This document shows, in pieces, positions 1 to 9,132 of a DNA stretch of 64,000 nt (the first letter of the stretch is position 1; every line of letters starts with the position of its first letter). Both the position numbers and the translations under genes were made by a program. The notes under the pieces are model-generated. The model was not told the origin of the DNA. It ran no database searches and saw only the letters and a program-made list of their open reading frames with translations. Source of the stretch: an uncultured delta proteobacterium (GTDB lineage: Bacteria > Myxococcota_A > Polyangia > Fen-1088); contig CAVYGB010000001.1 in NCBI GenBank assembly GCA_963767925.1, forward strand, positions 128,001 to 192,000. Direction: 5' to 3'.

Positions 1-2
1 AC

Positions 3-170
3 GTGCTCTATTGCATCGCCCACCACGGCAGCCACCGCTGGCGCCTGCGCAACCGCTGGTTCCGCAACATGCGCCGCCGCCACCTCATCCACCACGGTCG
101 CCCGGATCGCAACCTGGGGTTCACCACCGCCCTGTGGGACCGGGTGTTCGGGACGTATCACGATCCCTGA
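3..170 (+). CDS. Sterol desaturase/fatty acid hydroxylase family protein, 3' end (partial)
   Basis: Frame 3 reads ...IAHHGSH...RRHLIHHGRPDRNLGFTTALWDRVFGTYHDP*: His box HxxHH plus the family's N-x-G...WDRVFGT tail. Not in the ORF track. Confidence 0.85.
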   Translation: MLYCIAHHGSHRWRLRNRWFRNMRRRHLIHHGRPDRNLGFTTALWDRVFGTYHDP

Positions 171-411
171 GCGATCGTCGATCCCGGAGCGCGATCTCGG
201 CGCGACGCCAACGCCCGCTCACCCGAGAGCGCTCCGCCGTTCCTCGATGCTCCTTCGAGGCCGGGTGGTTCGGCGACGTTACGCAAGGCGCCCCGGCACG
301 CTCGAGACCGGCCTGAGAAGCCTCTCAGGCCCCGGCGATGCGCCGCGTTTCCCGCGGTCTCGAGCCCACATCGGCTCAGGCAACGACCTGAACCTGCCGA
401 TTGGACCGGGC

Positions 412-1350
412 GTGCGGGAGGGCTACCCAGGCGGGCCTACGTGGCTGCCGATGTCTGCGCTGATCGCGCTGACCGCGGCCTGCACCACCCCCAACCCGAG
501 CTACGTCGGCGTCGAAGGCCCGCCGGCGCCCGACGCCGCCGCGCACGACAGCGGGCCCGGGGTGCCGGCGCCCGACGCCGCCGCCCCCGACGGACCGATC
601 GCGCGTGACGGACCCGCCGAGCTGGCGCTGCCCGACGGGCCGCCGCCGCCGAATCCGGACGTCCCCGCCGACGCGCCGACGGACGCGCCCGCCGACTTGC
701 CGCCGGCCGCCGACCTGCTGCCCACCGCCGGCCTGGTGGCGCACTGGCCGCTCGATGAGGGCACCGGCGTCGCGACCGCCGATCGCTCGGGCAACGCCAA
801 CGACGGCAGCTTGATCAACGGCCCCACCTGGCTGGCCGCCGGCGCGCCGCTGGCCGGGGGCGCGATGGCCCTGCGCCTCGACGGCAGCGACGACTACGTC
901 GACCTGGAGGTCCGGACCTTGCCGCGCGCCGAAGCCAGCCAGACCATCGCGGTCTGGTTCCGCAACGCCGCCGACAGCCCGCGGCTGCGCAACCTTGTCT
1001 CGCTCTTCAACGATGACGAGAGCACCGGCGTCCACCTGGGGTTCGACGGGGCCAAGGTGGCGGCCTGGCGCTTCGGCGACGTCGAGCCGGTGGTTGTCTC
1101 GCCCGGAGAGCCCGACGGCGACTGGCACCACCTGGCCTACACCTGGAACGGCACCACCCACCGCCTCTACCTCGACGGCGCCCAGGTCGACAGCGGCTCC
1201 GGCGCCGTCGACCCCGGCCCGGTCGAGACCGCCCGCTTCGGCACCTGGGATCTCCCCGAGGAAGTCTTCGGCGGCGACCTCGACGAGGTCCGCGTCTACG
1301 CCCGCGCCCTCTCCGCCGCCGAGATCACCGCCCTCGCCGGCCGCCCCTGA
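412..1350 (+). CDS. LamG/concanavalin A-like domain lipoprotein
   Basis: Lipobox-like LTAAC, Pro/Asp/Ala linker, LVAHWPLDEG...WHHLAYTW...LYLDG...GDLDEVRVYARALS. Start uncertain (GTG 412 or ATG 451). Confidence 0.85.
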   Translation: MREGYPGGPTWLPMSALIALTAACTTPNPSYVGVEGPPAPDAAAHDSGPGVPAPDAAAPDGPIARDGPAELALPDGPPPPNPDVPADAPTDAPADLPPAADLLPTAGLVAHWPLDEGTGVATADRSGNANDGSLINGPTWLAAGAPLAGGAMALRLDGSDDYVDLEVRTLPRAEASQTIAVWFRNAADSPRLRNLVSLFNDDESTGVHLGFDGAKVAAWRFGDVEPVVVSPGEPDGDWHHLAYTWNGTTHRLYLDGAQVDSGSGAVDPGPVETARFGTWDLPEEVFGGDLDEVRVYARALSAAEITALAGRP

Positions 1351-1679
1351 GTGGCGGCGCTAGTGCACCGCAGTCGAAATATCGTCAAGGCTGCACCGAC
1401 GATCCTGCGCCCCCGCTTCGTTGCTCCTCCTGGGGATATGCCGGATGTTCGTCGTCGTCGCGCCTCGCGGGGCCGCAGGCTTGTCGGCGGATCCTTGACG
1501 CTCTTTCGACTGCGGTGCAGTGTTCCAGGGGACTAGCTGGGCTCGCCACCGCGCGGACACTCGAGTACGCAGAGGGTGCATCATCGTGAATCCAGTCCGG
1601 TCCGCCCTGCGCCCCGCAGGCAATCCTTCGGCAACGGCTTCGAGCCCGGTGGGCTCCTCCGGGCGAAAAAGTGCTCAGG

Positions 1680-2113
1680 CAGCGGTGGGTCACGCAGGCG
1701 CGCTGTCTCCACGATGTCCAAACCCAGGGCCGCGGCCACATCGCAGATCCGCGCCAGGCTCGCTGTGCGGTACTCCGTCGCCGCGTACCGTTTTGTACCT
1801 GCTGCTCGGCGATGCCGAGCGCGTCGTCGAGGCGTCGCTGGCTCCAGCCGCGCGCGATACGCGCCTTGATCAACAAGCTCGCGAGACCAGCGAGGGACGA
1901 TGCTTCGAATGTCGAAACGTTACCCGACAGCAGCGCCTCATACTCGCGGATCTCGGCTCGACGATCTTCGGACTGAGCGCTCACCGCATCGATCTCGAGG
2001 CGCTGAAGCTTGCTCGGTTTGTCCCCGGCCGCGGCTATCAGATTGGCGAGTGCCTCTTCGAACTTTCGCAGATGAGCCTTCGTTGACCGATATTGCAGGT
2101 CGTTGGTGATCAT
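1680..2113 (-). pseudogene. XRE/HTH antitoxin-like regulator, frameshifted
   Basis: MITNDLQYRSTK...LIKARIARGWSQRRL..ALGIAEQQVQ. Removing two extra A (TTTT at 1791-1794 on +) restores RYAATEYRTASLARICDVAAALG, the HTH continuation. 3' end approximate. Confidence 0.75.
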
Positions 2114-2379
2114 GCGCGCCCCCTGAGCTCCAGAAGCACTATGCCCTTGCGAGAGCCGTTCGCTCCTGTCGAAAGAACTCCGCGAACACAAGGCCGCTGC
2201 GTCCCTCGATAGCGTTGGGAAGAAACTCGCAGCCGAGACGCTTCTTCTGCGCGGCCCGCCCCCGGGACAGATCGAGGAAAATCGGATCGATGCGTTCCAG
2301 GTCGACACCTTCGGTGTCCCAGCAGACGTGCACGTCGGCTGGTTCATCCTTCGCGGTGACGAAGCTTCCGTTGATCCAA
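2110..2379 (-). pseudogene. DUF6932-like nucleotidyltransferase toxin, 5'-truncated and frameshifted
   Basis: WINGSFVTAKDEPADVHVCWD...DPIFLDLSRGRAAQKKRLGCEFLP. A 1-nt shift near 2160 restores NGSRKGIVLLELRGRA* whose TGA overlaps the antitoxin ATG. Confidence 0.7.
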
Positions 2380-2550
2380 TGCTTATGCGTCAGAGGAAGG
2401 AACGATTCACCGGGCCAGACGTACTGTCGCGCTCGGTGGAGACGGAGGCCTGATCTTCGCCTTCTCGGCCGACCAGCCGCAGCCCACCCCGGATGTGGGT
2501 GCCGCGGCGCCGGACCGGGGGCGGCATGCCTCCCCCGGGTCGGCGGGGGG

Positions 2551-3285
2551 TCAGTCGTTGCGGGCGCCGGAGCTGGCCCAGGTGCGGATGGTCTGGATCT
2601 GCTCGGCGGTCAGCGGGGGCTTGCGCACCGGCGGGTTGCCGAGGTTCTCGCCCGACTGCGGCGGCATACGCACGGGGTTGTTGCCCTGGGGCGTGACGTA
2701 GTTGAGGAGGGTGTTGACCCGCCCGGGGATGGTCCCCACCCGCGGGATCTCGTTGACCAGCAACATGTACGAGCGGTCCTTCATGCCGGCGTTGAACAGG
2801 AAGTACTGATCGCGGGGCACGCTGTGGCAGGCGTTGTTGGGCGCCGTGCAGCCGGGGGCGAGGATCTCGGTGAAGATGCGGGTGAAGGTCGGCCCGGCCG
2901 GTGCGGCCGGGGCCGCGTCGGTGCTCGGCGCGCCGGTGTCGAGGCGACCGGCATCCACCCGGGGCGCGCCGCCCGCGTCGGCCCGGACCACGCCGCCGCT
3001 GCCGCCGCTCGGCACGCCGCCCGCGCCGCCTGCGCCGCCCCCTGCTCCCCCCGCGCTGCCCGCGACCGGGCCCCCCGTGCCGGCCACGGGCGCGCCGCCT
3101 GTCCCTGCGCTCGCCTGCCCACCGGCGCCACCGGTCCCGGCGGGTGCCGGGGCGGGTGCGCCGGCCACCGGGGCCGGCGGCGTGGGGGGGATGTCGACGT
3201 GGGGAACACAGCCCACCAGCGCGAAGCCGCCGATCAGCAGGAGGGGCCAGGTGGCGGGCAGACGGGGAGAGGGTCGCTTTTGCAT
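2551..3285 (-). CDS. Lipoprotein with C-terminal c-type cytochrome-like domain
   Basis: Lipobox LVGC, Gly/Ala linker, CTAPNNACH, RMPP, LTAEQIQTIRTW..GA. Confidence 0.7.
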   Translation of the reverse strand: MQKRPSPRLPATWPLLLIGGFALVGCVPHVDIPPTPPAPVAGAPAPAPAGTGGAGGQASAGTGGAPVAGTGGPVAGSAGGAGGGAGGAGGVPSGGSGGVVRADAGGAPRVDAGRLDTGAPSTDAAPAAPAGPTFTRIFTEILAPGCTAPNNACHSVPRDQYFLFNAGMKDRSYMLLVNEIPRVGTIPGRVNTLLNYVTPQGNNPVRMPPQSGENLGNPPVRKPPLTAEQIQTIRTWASSGARND

Positions 3286-3376
3286 CCGGTGCTCCTTGAG
3301 GAAGGGGAAGGCCAGGGTCGACCCGGACGCTACGAAAGCGGCCCGCCGGCCGCTTGAGACGTTCCTGAGAGTTCTC

Positions 3377-4774
3377 TCAATCGCGGCGCGCCGTGGGCGC
3401 CGGCGCGAGCGTCGGCAGCTCCAGGGCAAAGCGGGCGCCGCGCTCCGACGGCAGCAGCAGGATGTCCCCGCCGTGCTGGCGCGCCACCTCGCGCGCGATG
3501 GGCAGACCCAGGCCCGTGCCGCCGCCCGCCTTGCGCGTCCGGTAAAACGGCTCGAAGATCTTCGTCCGCTCCTCCGGCGGCACCCCGGGGCCCTCGTCGC
3601 TGACCAGGACGCGCACCCGCCCGGGGGCGGCGCCGTCGCGCTCGAGGGTGAGGCGCACCAGCCCCCCAGCGGGCGAGAACTTTAGGGCGTTGGCCACCAG
3701 GTTGTCGACCGCCCGCCGCAGGGCCGAGCCACTGCCGCGCACGATCACGCCCGGGGCCTCGCCCGCCGGCTCCTGCCGCAGCTCGAGGCCGCGCCGGCCC
3801 GCCTCGGGGCGGAAGGACTCGGCCGACGCGCGCAGCACCGGCAGGAGATCGATCTCCTGCTCGTCCATCATCACCTGCTCGGCCGCCGTCATCTCCAGCA
3901 GGTCGCGGGCCAGGGCCGCCAGCCGATCGATCTCCGCGCGCGCCTCCCGGACCGCCTGGCGCAGCTCGGCCGTGGTGCGCTCCTTGAACAGCGCCAGGTC
4001 CATCAGCGTGCGCATGCAGGCCAGCGGCGTCTGGATCTCGTGGGCCGCGTTGGCGATGAGGCGCTCCTGCCGGTCGCGCGCCCCCTGGAGCTGGCGGGTG
4101 GCCTCCTCGAGGGCGTCGCGCAGCTCGGCCACCTCGTCGCCGGTAGGGTCGGGGGGCAGGCGGCTCTCGAAGTCGCCCTCGCGCAGGCGGGGGAGCTGCT
4201 GGGTGACCGCGCCGATGCGCGCGCTCAGGCGCCGGGCCTGCCAGACCTGGATGGCGAACAGCAGCGCCGCCATGGCCGCGCAGACCGAGAGCGAGGCCTG
4301 GTAAAAGCTCGCCGTGGTGGCGTCCACCTCGCCCAGCGGCCGGGCCACCCAGAGAGGGAAGCGCTTGCCGTCGTGGGCGCTCACGACCACGGTCAGCTCG
4401 CGGGTGGGCTCGCCGTCGAGCGCCAGGCTTGAGAGCGGCTGCCCGGGCACGCGATCGGCGACGCTGGCCGGGACCTGGATGTCGGGCGGCACCTTGATCA
4501 GCGGGCGTCCGTGCAGGCCGTACACCGCCACCGCGCCGGCGGGCAGGGGCAGCTCGTGGGCGTTGGGGTTGGGGACGATGGGGGGCAGGTGGGGATAGCC
4601 GCGGGGGCCGTCGAACAGGGTGACGCTCTCGACCGCCGCCAGCTCGGCCAGGCCGCGGTCCATCGACCGCAGCAGGCTGAAGTGGAACAGCTCCCCGGCG
4701 ACGAGCACGCCACACAGCGTGCCGACCACGGGCAACACGGCGCCGAAGGCGAGCAGGCGGGTGCGGACCTTCAT
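3377..4774 (-). CDS. HAMP-domain sensor histidine kinase
   Basis: Two TM helices, HAMP, H-box AAHEIQTPL, NLVANALKF, DEGPGV, GTGLGL. Confidence 0.95.
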   Translation of the reverse strand: MKVRTRLLAFGAVLPVVGTLCGVLVAGELFHFSLLRSMDRGLAELAAVESVTLFDGPRGYPHLPPIVPNPNAHELPLPAGAVAVYGLHGRPLIKVPPDIQVPASVADRVPGQPLSSLALDGEPTRELTVVVSAHDGKRFPLWVARPLGEVDATTASFYQASLSVCAAMAALLFAIQVWQARRLSARIGAVTQQLPRLREGDFESRLPPDPTGDEVAELRDALEEATRQLQGARDRQERLIANAAHEIQTPLACMRTLMDLALFKERTTAELRQAVREARAEIDRLAALARDLLEMTAAEQVMMDEQEIDLLPVLRASAESFRPEAGRRGLELRQEPAGEAPGVIVRGSGSALRRAVDNLVANALKFSPAGGLVRLTLERDGAAPGRVRVLVSDEGPGVPPEERTKIFEPFYRTRKAGGGTGLGLPIAREVARQHGGDILLLPSERGARFALELPTLAPAPTARRD

Positions 4775-4781
4775 CGGAGCG

Positions 4782-5468
4782 TCACCCGGGCGGCGGGGTG
4801 GCGACGGTGAGGCGGAACCCGACCCCCCGCACCGCCTCGATGGCCACGTCGCTGGCCTGCAGCTTGGCCAGCTTGCCGCGCAGGTAGCCGACGTAGACGT
4901 CGATGACGTTGGGGGTGCCGTCGAACAGGGAGCCCCAGACCTTGGTCAGCAGCTCCGACCGGGTGAGGGTCTCGCCGGCGTGCCCGGCCAGCTCGTGAAA
5001 CAGGGCGAACTCGCGCCCGGTGAGGGTCTCCTCGCGCCCGCCGCGGATCAGCACCCGCCGGTTGCTGTCCACCTTGAGCGACCCGAGCTGGCGCACCAGC
5101 AGGTGCCCGCCGCCCCGCCGGTGCAGGGCCTCGAGGCGGGCCAGCAGCTCGCCGAAGTCGAACGGCTTGGGCAGGTAGTCGTCGGCCCCCGCCCGCAGGC
5201 CCACGATCCGCTCGCCCACCGTGCCGCGCGCGGTGAGCATGAGGACGGGCGTGTTCAGGCCGCGGTCGCGCCAGCGGCGCAGCAGGGTGACCCCGTCGGT
5301 GTCAGGCAGCGACCAGTCGAGCACGATGCCGTCGTAGGCGATCGCCTCCGCCTGCTGCGAGCCGGTCTCCCCGTCGGCGCAGGCGTCGACCTGGTGCCCG
5401 GCCTCGGTCAGCCCGCGCACCAGCAGGCGCGCCAGCTTGGTCTCATCCTCGATGACCAGCAGCTTCAT
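4782..5468 (-). CDS. OmpR-family response regulator
   Basis: MKLLVIEDE...LDWSLP...LTARG...GADDYLPKPF...NVIDVYVGYLRGKL...VRGVGF. Confidence 0.95.
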   Translation of the reverse strand: MKLLVIEDETKLARLLVRGLTEAGHQVDACADGETGSQQAEAIAYDGIVLDWSLPDTDGVTLLRRWRDRGLNTPVLMLTARGTVGERIVGLRAGADDYLPKPFDFGELLARLEALHRRGGGHLLVRQLGSLKVDSNRRVLIRGGREETLTGREFALFHELAGHAGETLTRSELLTKVWGSLFDGTPNVIDVYVGYLRGKLAKLQASDVAIEAVRGVGFRLTVATPPPG

Positions 5469-5832
5469 TCGGGGCATCAGTCTACGATCATCGGGCCCGC
5501 TCCGGCCCCGATGCCACCCTCGGCGCGGCTGACGCCCGACGTCGGGGCAGTCCCTGGGTAGGCTCGAGGTCGCGCAGCGATGTGCCGATTGCAGGAAAAG
5601 ACCCAGGTTGTCAGGGGGAGGTTTCATGAAAATGCACCAGGGGCGGGCGGCGATCGACGACCACGACCAGGGGCACGACAACGTCTTCCGCGACGGCAGC
5701 ACCACCCAGCTCGCCCCCACCACCGGCAGCGTCGCTGAAGGCTACACCAGCACGCTGGTGGTCGGCATCGCGGGGTAGCGGGCGCCGTCCGTCACGTCTT
5801 CCCCCAAGCCGGCGCTCTACCGGGCAGCCCGC

Positions 5833-5883
5833 TTGACATTACCTACGATTGTAGGCAATATGCCGACAGGTGTAGGTAATGTC
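5833..5883 (+). promoter_or_regulatory. Sigma70 promoter with two BlaI/CopY-type operator boxes
   Basis: TTGACA(5833)-17 nt-CAATAT(5856). Boxes CCTACGATTGTAGG (5842-5855) and CCGACAGGTGTAGG (5863-5876) resemble TACA-NN-TGTA. Confidence 0.8.
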
Positions 5884-6406
5884 GATTCTGCGGAGACGGG
5901 CCCACGAAGGCCTGACGTCAGCCCAGATGGAGATCCTGAACGTGGTCTGGGAGATGGGCGAAGCCGGCGTTGCCGACGTATGGAGGGTGCTGGGCAGCCG
6001 CCGAGTCGTTGCCCGGAACACGGTCCAGACTATGTTGAAACGGCTGCATGAGCGCGGCTGGCTGCACGCACGTGAGGCCGGCAACGCCTTCGTCTACAGC
6101 CCGGGCGCGAAACGGGCCTCGGTGCTGGCCCGGGTGGTGGGCAGCCTGGTCGACAATGCTTTCGGTGGATCGGCCACTCTGCTGGTGACGGCCCTGTTGC
6201 AGTCCCGTCGCCTGGAGCCGGATGAGGTGGCACGCATCCGGGAGCTGATTCTGTCCGCGGAGCAGGCTGCCTCACCAGACGGGAATGAGGGTGCTGCAAA
6301 TGGCGACGGGGAAGAAACCGCAAACAATGGCAAACATGTCGCGGTCGGCCGACCGCTGCGCGCGCACCGGCGCAAGCGCGAACGGTTCGATCCCGGCTGG
6401 GGGTAA
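5879..6406 (+). CDS. BlaI/MecI/CopY family transcriptional repressor
   Basis: LTSAQMEILNVVWEMGEA.V...NTVQTMLKRLHERGWL...FVYSP...LVDNAFGGS. Confidence 0.92.
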   Translation: MSILRRRAHEGLTSAQMEILNVVWEMGEAGVADVWRVLGSRRVVARNTVQTMLKRLHERGWLHAREAGNAFVYSPGAKRASVLARVVGSLVDNAFGGSATLLVTALLQSRRLEPDEVARIRELILSAEQAASPDGNEGAANGDGEETANNGKHVAVGRPLRAHRRKRERFDPGWG

Positions 6407-6407
6407 G

Positions 6408-8240
6408 ATGCGATTCCAGGTCCGCACGTTTTACACCATCGCCCTTCTGTCCCTGGTGCCTGCTGGCGCGCCGGCGGCGAGTCGGCCGAGCCTCCAGCAG
6501 ACCGAAGACCCGGCCGCAGCCCCGCAGGGCGCCGTCAAGGAGGCGCCCGCGCCCGCGCCCGACCCCGACGATCCGGCCCGCGACCGCATACTCAGGCTAC
6601 AGGAACAGCTCAGCGGCATCGTGGAGGGACCGATCATGAGCGGTGTGCGGGTCGGCATGCGCGTGACCGATGCGACGAGCGGGCGGACGCTCTTCCGCAG
6701 CGGTGACACCGTCATGATGGATCCAGCCTCCAATCAGAAGGTGCTCGCCACGACGACGGCGCTGATGCGACTGGGGGCGGGGTTCCGCTTCCGCACAGAA
6801 TTGCTGGGGCCCGCACCCGATGGGTCCGGCGTGGTCCGCGGCGACCTGCTCCTGCGGGGCAACGGCGACCCAGCTCTTCGCATGGCCGACCTCGAGCATC
6901 TGGCCACCGCCCTGGCCGCCCGGGGGATCTTGCGCATCGAAGGCGGCATCGCCGCCGATCCCCGCCGGATCGGCTCGCCCGAGAGCCACCCCGAGGAGCG
7001 CACCCCCTTGCGTGTGCACAAGACCTTCATCCACATCCGGGTGCGCCCCAGCCTGAAGGGGTTGCCCCCGCTGGTGACGGTGAAACCGGAGATCGAGGGC
7101 CTCGAGGTCCGCAACCGGGCGCTGACGGCAGGACGCGGGCGCAACCTGCGCCTGAGTCTGACCGCGTCTGCGGACCGGGTCACAATCGATCTGTCTGGCC
7201 GCCTGTCTCCCGAGCATCCGGGTGTTCTCATGCGGCGGATCTCTCCCGACCAGCGCATCTTCACGGCGGCCTTGCTCCGTCAGGTGATCGTCGAGTCCGG
7301 CATCGAGGTGCGGGACCGCGCCCGGCTCCTCGACCTGCGACAGGCCCGGCCGGTGGCCAGCAATCAGGCCATGCTGGCGCTCCACCAGTCCGAGCCGCTG
7401 TCGGTGCTGACCCGGCGGATCAACAAGGACTCGGACAACGAGTGGGCCGACCGCCTGCTCGACGTGGTGGGCGCCGAGTTGTACGGCGGTCCGGCGACGG
7501 TCGACAAGGGCCTGCTGGCGCTGCGCGAGGCGATGGACGCGCTCCACTTACCCCGGGAAAACTACCTGCCCATGAACGGATCGGGCCTGGGCCACGGCAA
7601 CCGGCTGACCGCCGACGCCCTGGCCGAGCTGTTGCACAAGATCTACCTCGACCCGCGCTGGGGGCCCGAGTTCCTGCAGTCACTATCGGTGGGCGGCGTC
7701 GACGGCACGACCCGCAACCGCTTCCGGGGCTCGCCGGCCGCCGAACGGGTTCGCACCAAGACGGGCACCCTGAACGGCAAGTCCTGTATCTCCGGGTACG
7801 TGGGCGACGGGCAAGACGTGCTGGCGTTCTCGATCTTCGTCGACGGCATTCGCAACCGCAGGTTCACCACGGGGGCCGTGCGGGCCGCTCAGGTCAGCGC
7901 GGTGAACGCCATGATGAGGTTCGCCCAGGGCGTCCACACACCCGCCGGCGACGACATCGAGCCCGGCATCGACTACGAGGGCGGGGACGAGCTCATCAGC
8001 GCGGACGTCGAGGAGGGCGTCGTCTCCGCCCAGCCCCGCCAGCTCCCCGAGACCCGCGAGCCGCGAGAGTCGCGCCCGCGCCCGAGCAGCTTGCGGCCGC
8101 TTCCCGTCGAGCCCGAGGTGGAGATCTTGCTGGACGAGCCGGGCAGCGTGGTGGCGCCGGTGCGGCGCGGTTCCTCCTATTCGGGGAGTCGGCGTCCAGG
8201 TGCCGGTATGTCGCTGACCGGAGGCTCGTCGCGCCGCTGA
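6408..8240 (+). CDS. dacB: D-Ala-D-Ala carboxypeptidase/endopeptidase (peptidase S13, PBP4)
   Basis: Signal peptide, SxxK (PASNQK), GNGDP, SxN (DSDN), GSGL, KTG (KTGTL). Confidence 0.92.
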   Translation: MRFQVRTFYTIALLSLVPAGAPAASRPSLQQTEDPAAAPQGAVKEAPAPAPDPDDPARDRILRLQEQLSGIVEGPIMSGVRVGMRVTDATSGRTLFRSGDTVMMDPASNQKVLATTTALMRLGAGFRFRTELLGPAPDGSGVVRGDLLLRGNGDPALRMADLEHLATALAARGILRIEGGIAADPRRIGSPESHPEERTPLRVHKTFIHIRVRPSLKGLPPLVTVKPEIEGLEVRNRALTAGRGRNLRLSLTASADRVTIDLSGRLSPEHPGVLMRRISPDQRIFTAALLRQVIVESGIEVRDRARLLDLRQARPVASNQAMLALHQSEPLSVLTRRINKDSDNEWADRLLDVVGAELYGGPATVDKGLLALREAMDALHLPRENYLPMNGSGLGHGNRLTADALAELLHKIYLDPRWGPEFLQSLSVGGVDGTTRNRFRGSPAAERVRTKTGTLNGKSCISGYVGDGQDVLAFSIFVDGIRNRRFTTGAVRAAQVSAVNAMMRFAQGVHTPAGDDIEPGIDYEGGDELISADVEEGVVSAQPRQLPETREPRESRPRPSSLRPLPVEPEVEILLDEPGSVVAPVRRGSSYSGSRRPGAGMSLTGGSSRR

Positions 8241-8398
8241 CCTGCAGCGGCGGCGCCCCGATGGGGCATTTTGCCCTCTAGGGCGGACCGCTGACTCCGG
8301 CTAGGAAGGGAGCCCGTGGGCCCGCCCTCCCGATCGGCCTCGACCACCGTCCCTTCGCCACCTGAACGCGTGGTGGAGCGCGCGGCGATGGAACAGTG

Positions 8399-9101
8399 AT
8401 GGCAACGACCGCCGTCGGCCTGCGAATGCTCTGCCCCTTGCTGGCCACGTTGCTGTTCGCCGGCCTGTGCGGCAAGCTCATCCGCTGGCCGGTGCGCCGG
8501 CTCCCGGGTTCTCGGCTGCTCCGCTCGCTGGCGCCCTGGCTGTGGCTGGCCCTGCTGTCGCCCCTGCCGGTCGAGTGGTCACATGCGCCTCTGCGCACGC
8601 TGGGGCTCGGCTTGCTCGGCGTGCTGTCCTGGAAGGCGGCCACCGTCGACATCGACCTGGGCCAGGACGACCCGCTCTGGAACGAGCGGCTGTTCCTGAT
8701 CGCGAGCGCCCTGCTGAGCTACTTCAATCCGCTGTTCATGCTGCCCAACCTGTTCGTGCCTCCAGTCCCGCTCGCTGATCCCCTTTCGGCCATGGAGCTG
8801 CGAGCCGCTCGAGCTCTGGCCCGTCGAGCGCAGCTTGCTCCGGCACATCGGCAATAGCCTCGTGTTGATCCGCGCGGACGGCGGCCTCCGGGCGCTGCTG
8901 CGCGCGCTGGCGCGGCTGTTCTCGTTCAGCCCCGAGCTCCTCCGGATCCGGGGCGAGCAACAAGCGCCCGGCGACCCCGCGGCGGCGGCCCGGGACTACC
9001 GCGAGGCGATCCACCTCGCCCGGGCGACGGGCGCCGGCAGCCTGGAGCGCCGGGCCGCCGAGAGCCTCGCCGCGCTCACCGCCAGCGGCCCGACCGCCTG
9101 A
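8399..9101 (+). pseudogene. Fragmented region: membrane-protein N-terminus followed by TPR-like C-terminal remnants
   Basis: Hydrophobic ORF 8399-8857, then ELRAARALARR and PELLRIRGE...YREAIHLARATGAGSLERRAAESLA, resembling the tail of AAA/adenylate-cyclase TPR proteins. Confidence 0.4.
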
Positions 9102-9132
9102 ACAGTCCGCAACGGCCCCCGTGCCGGCGCGG

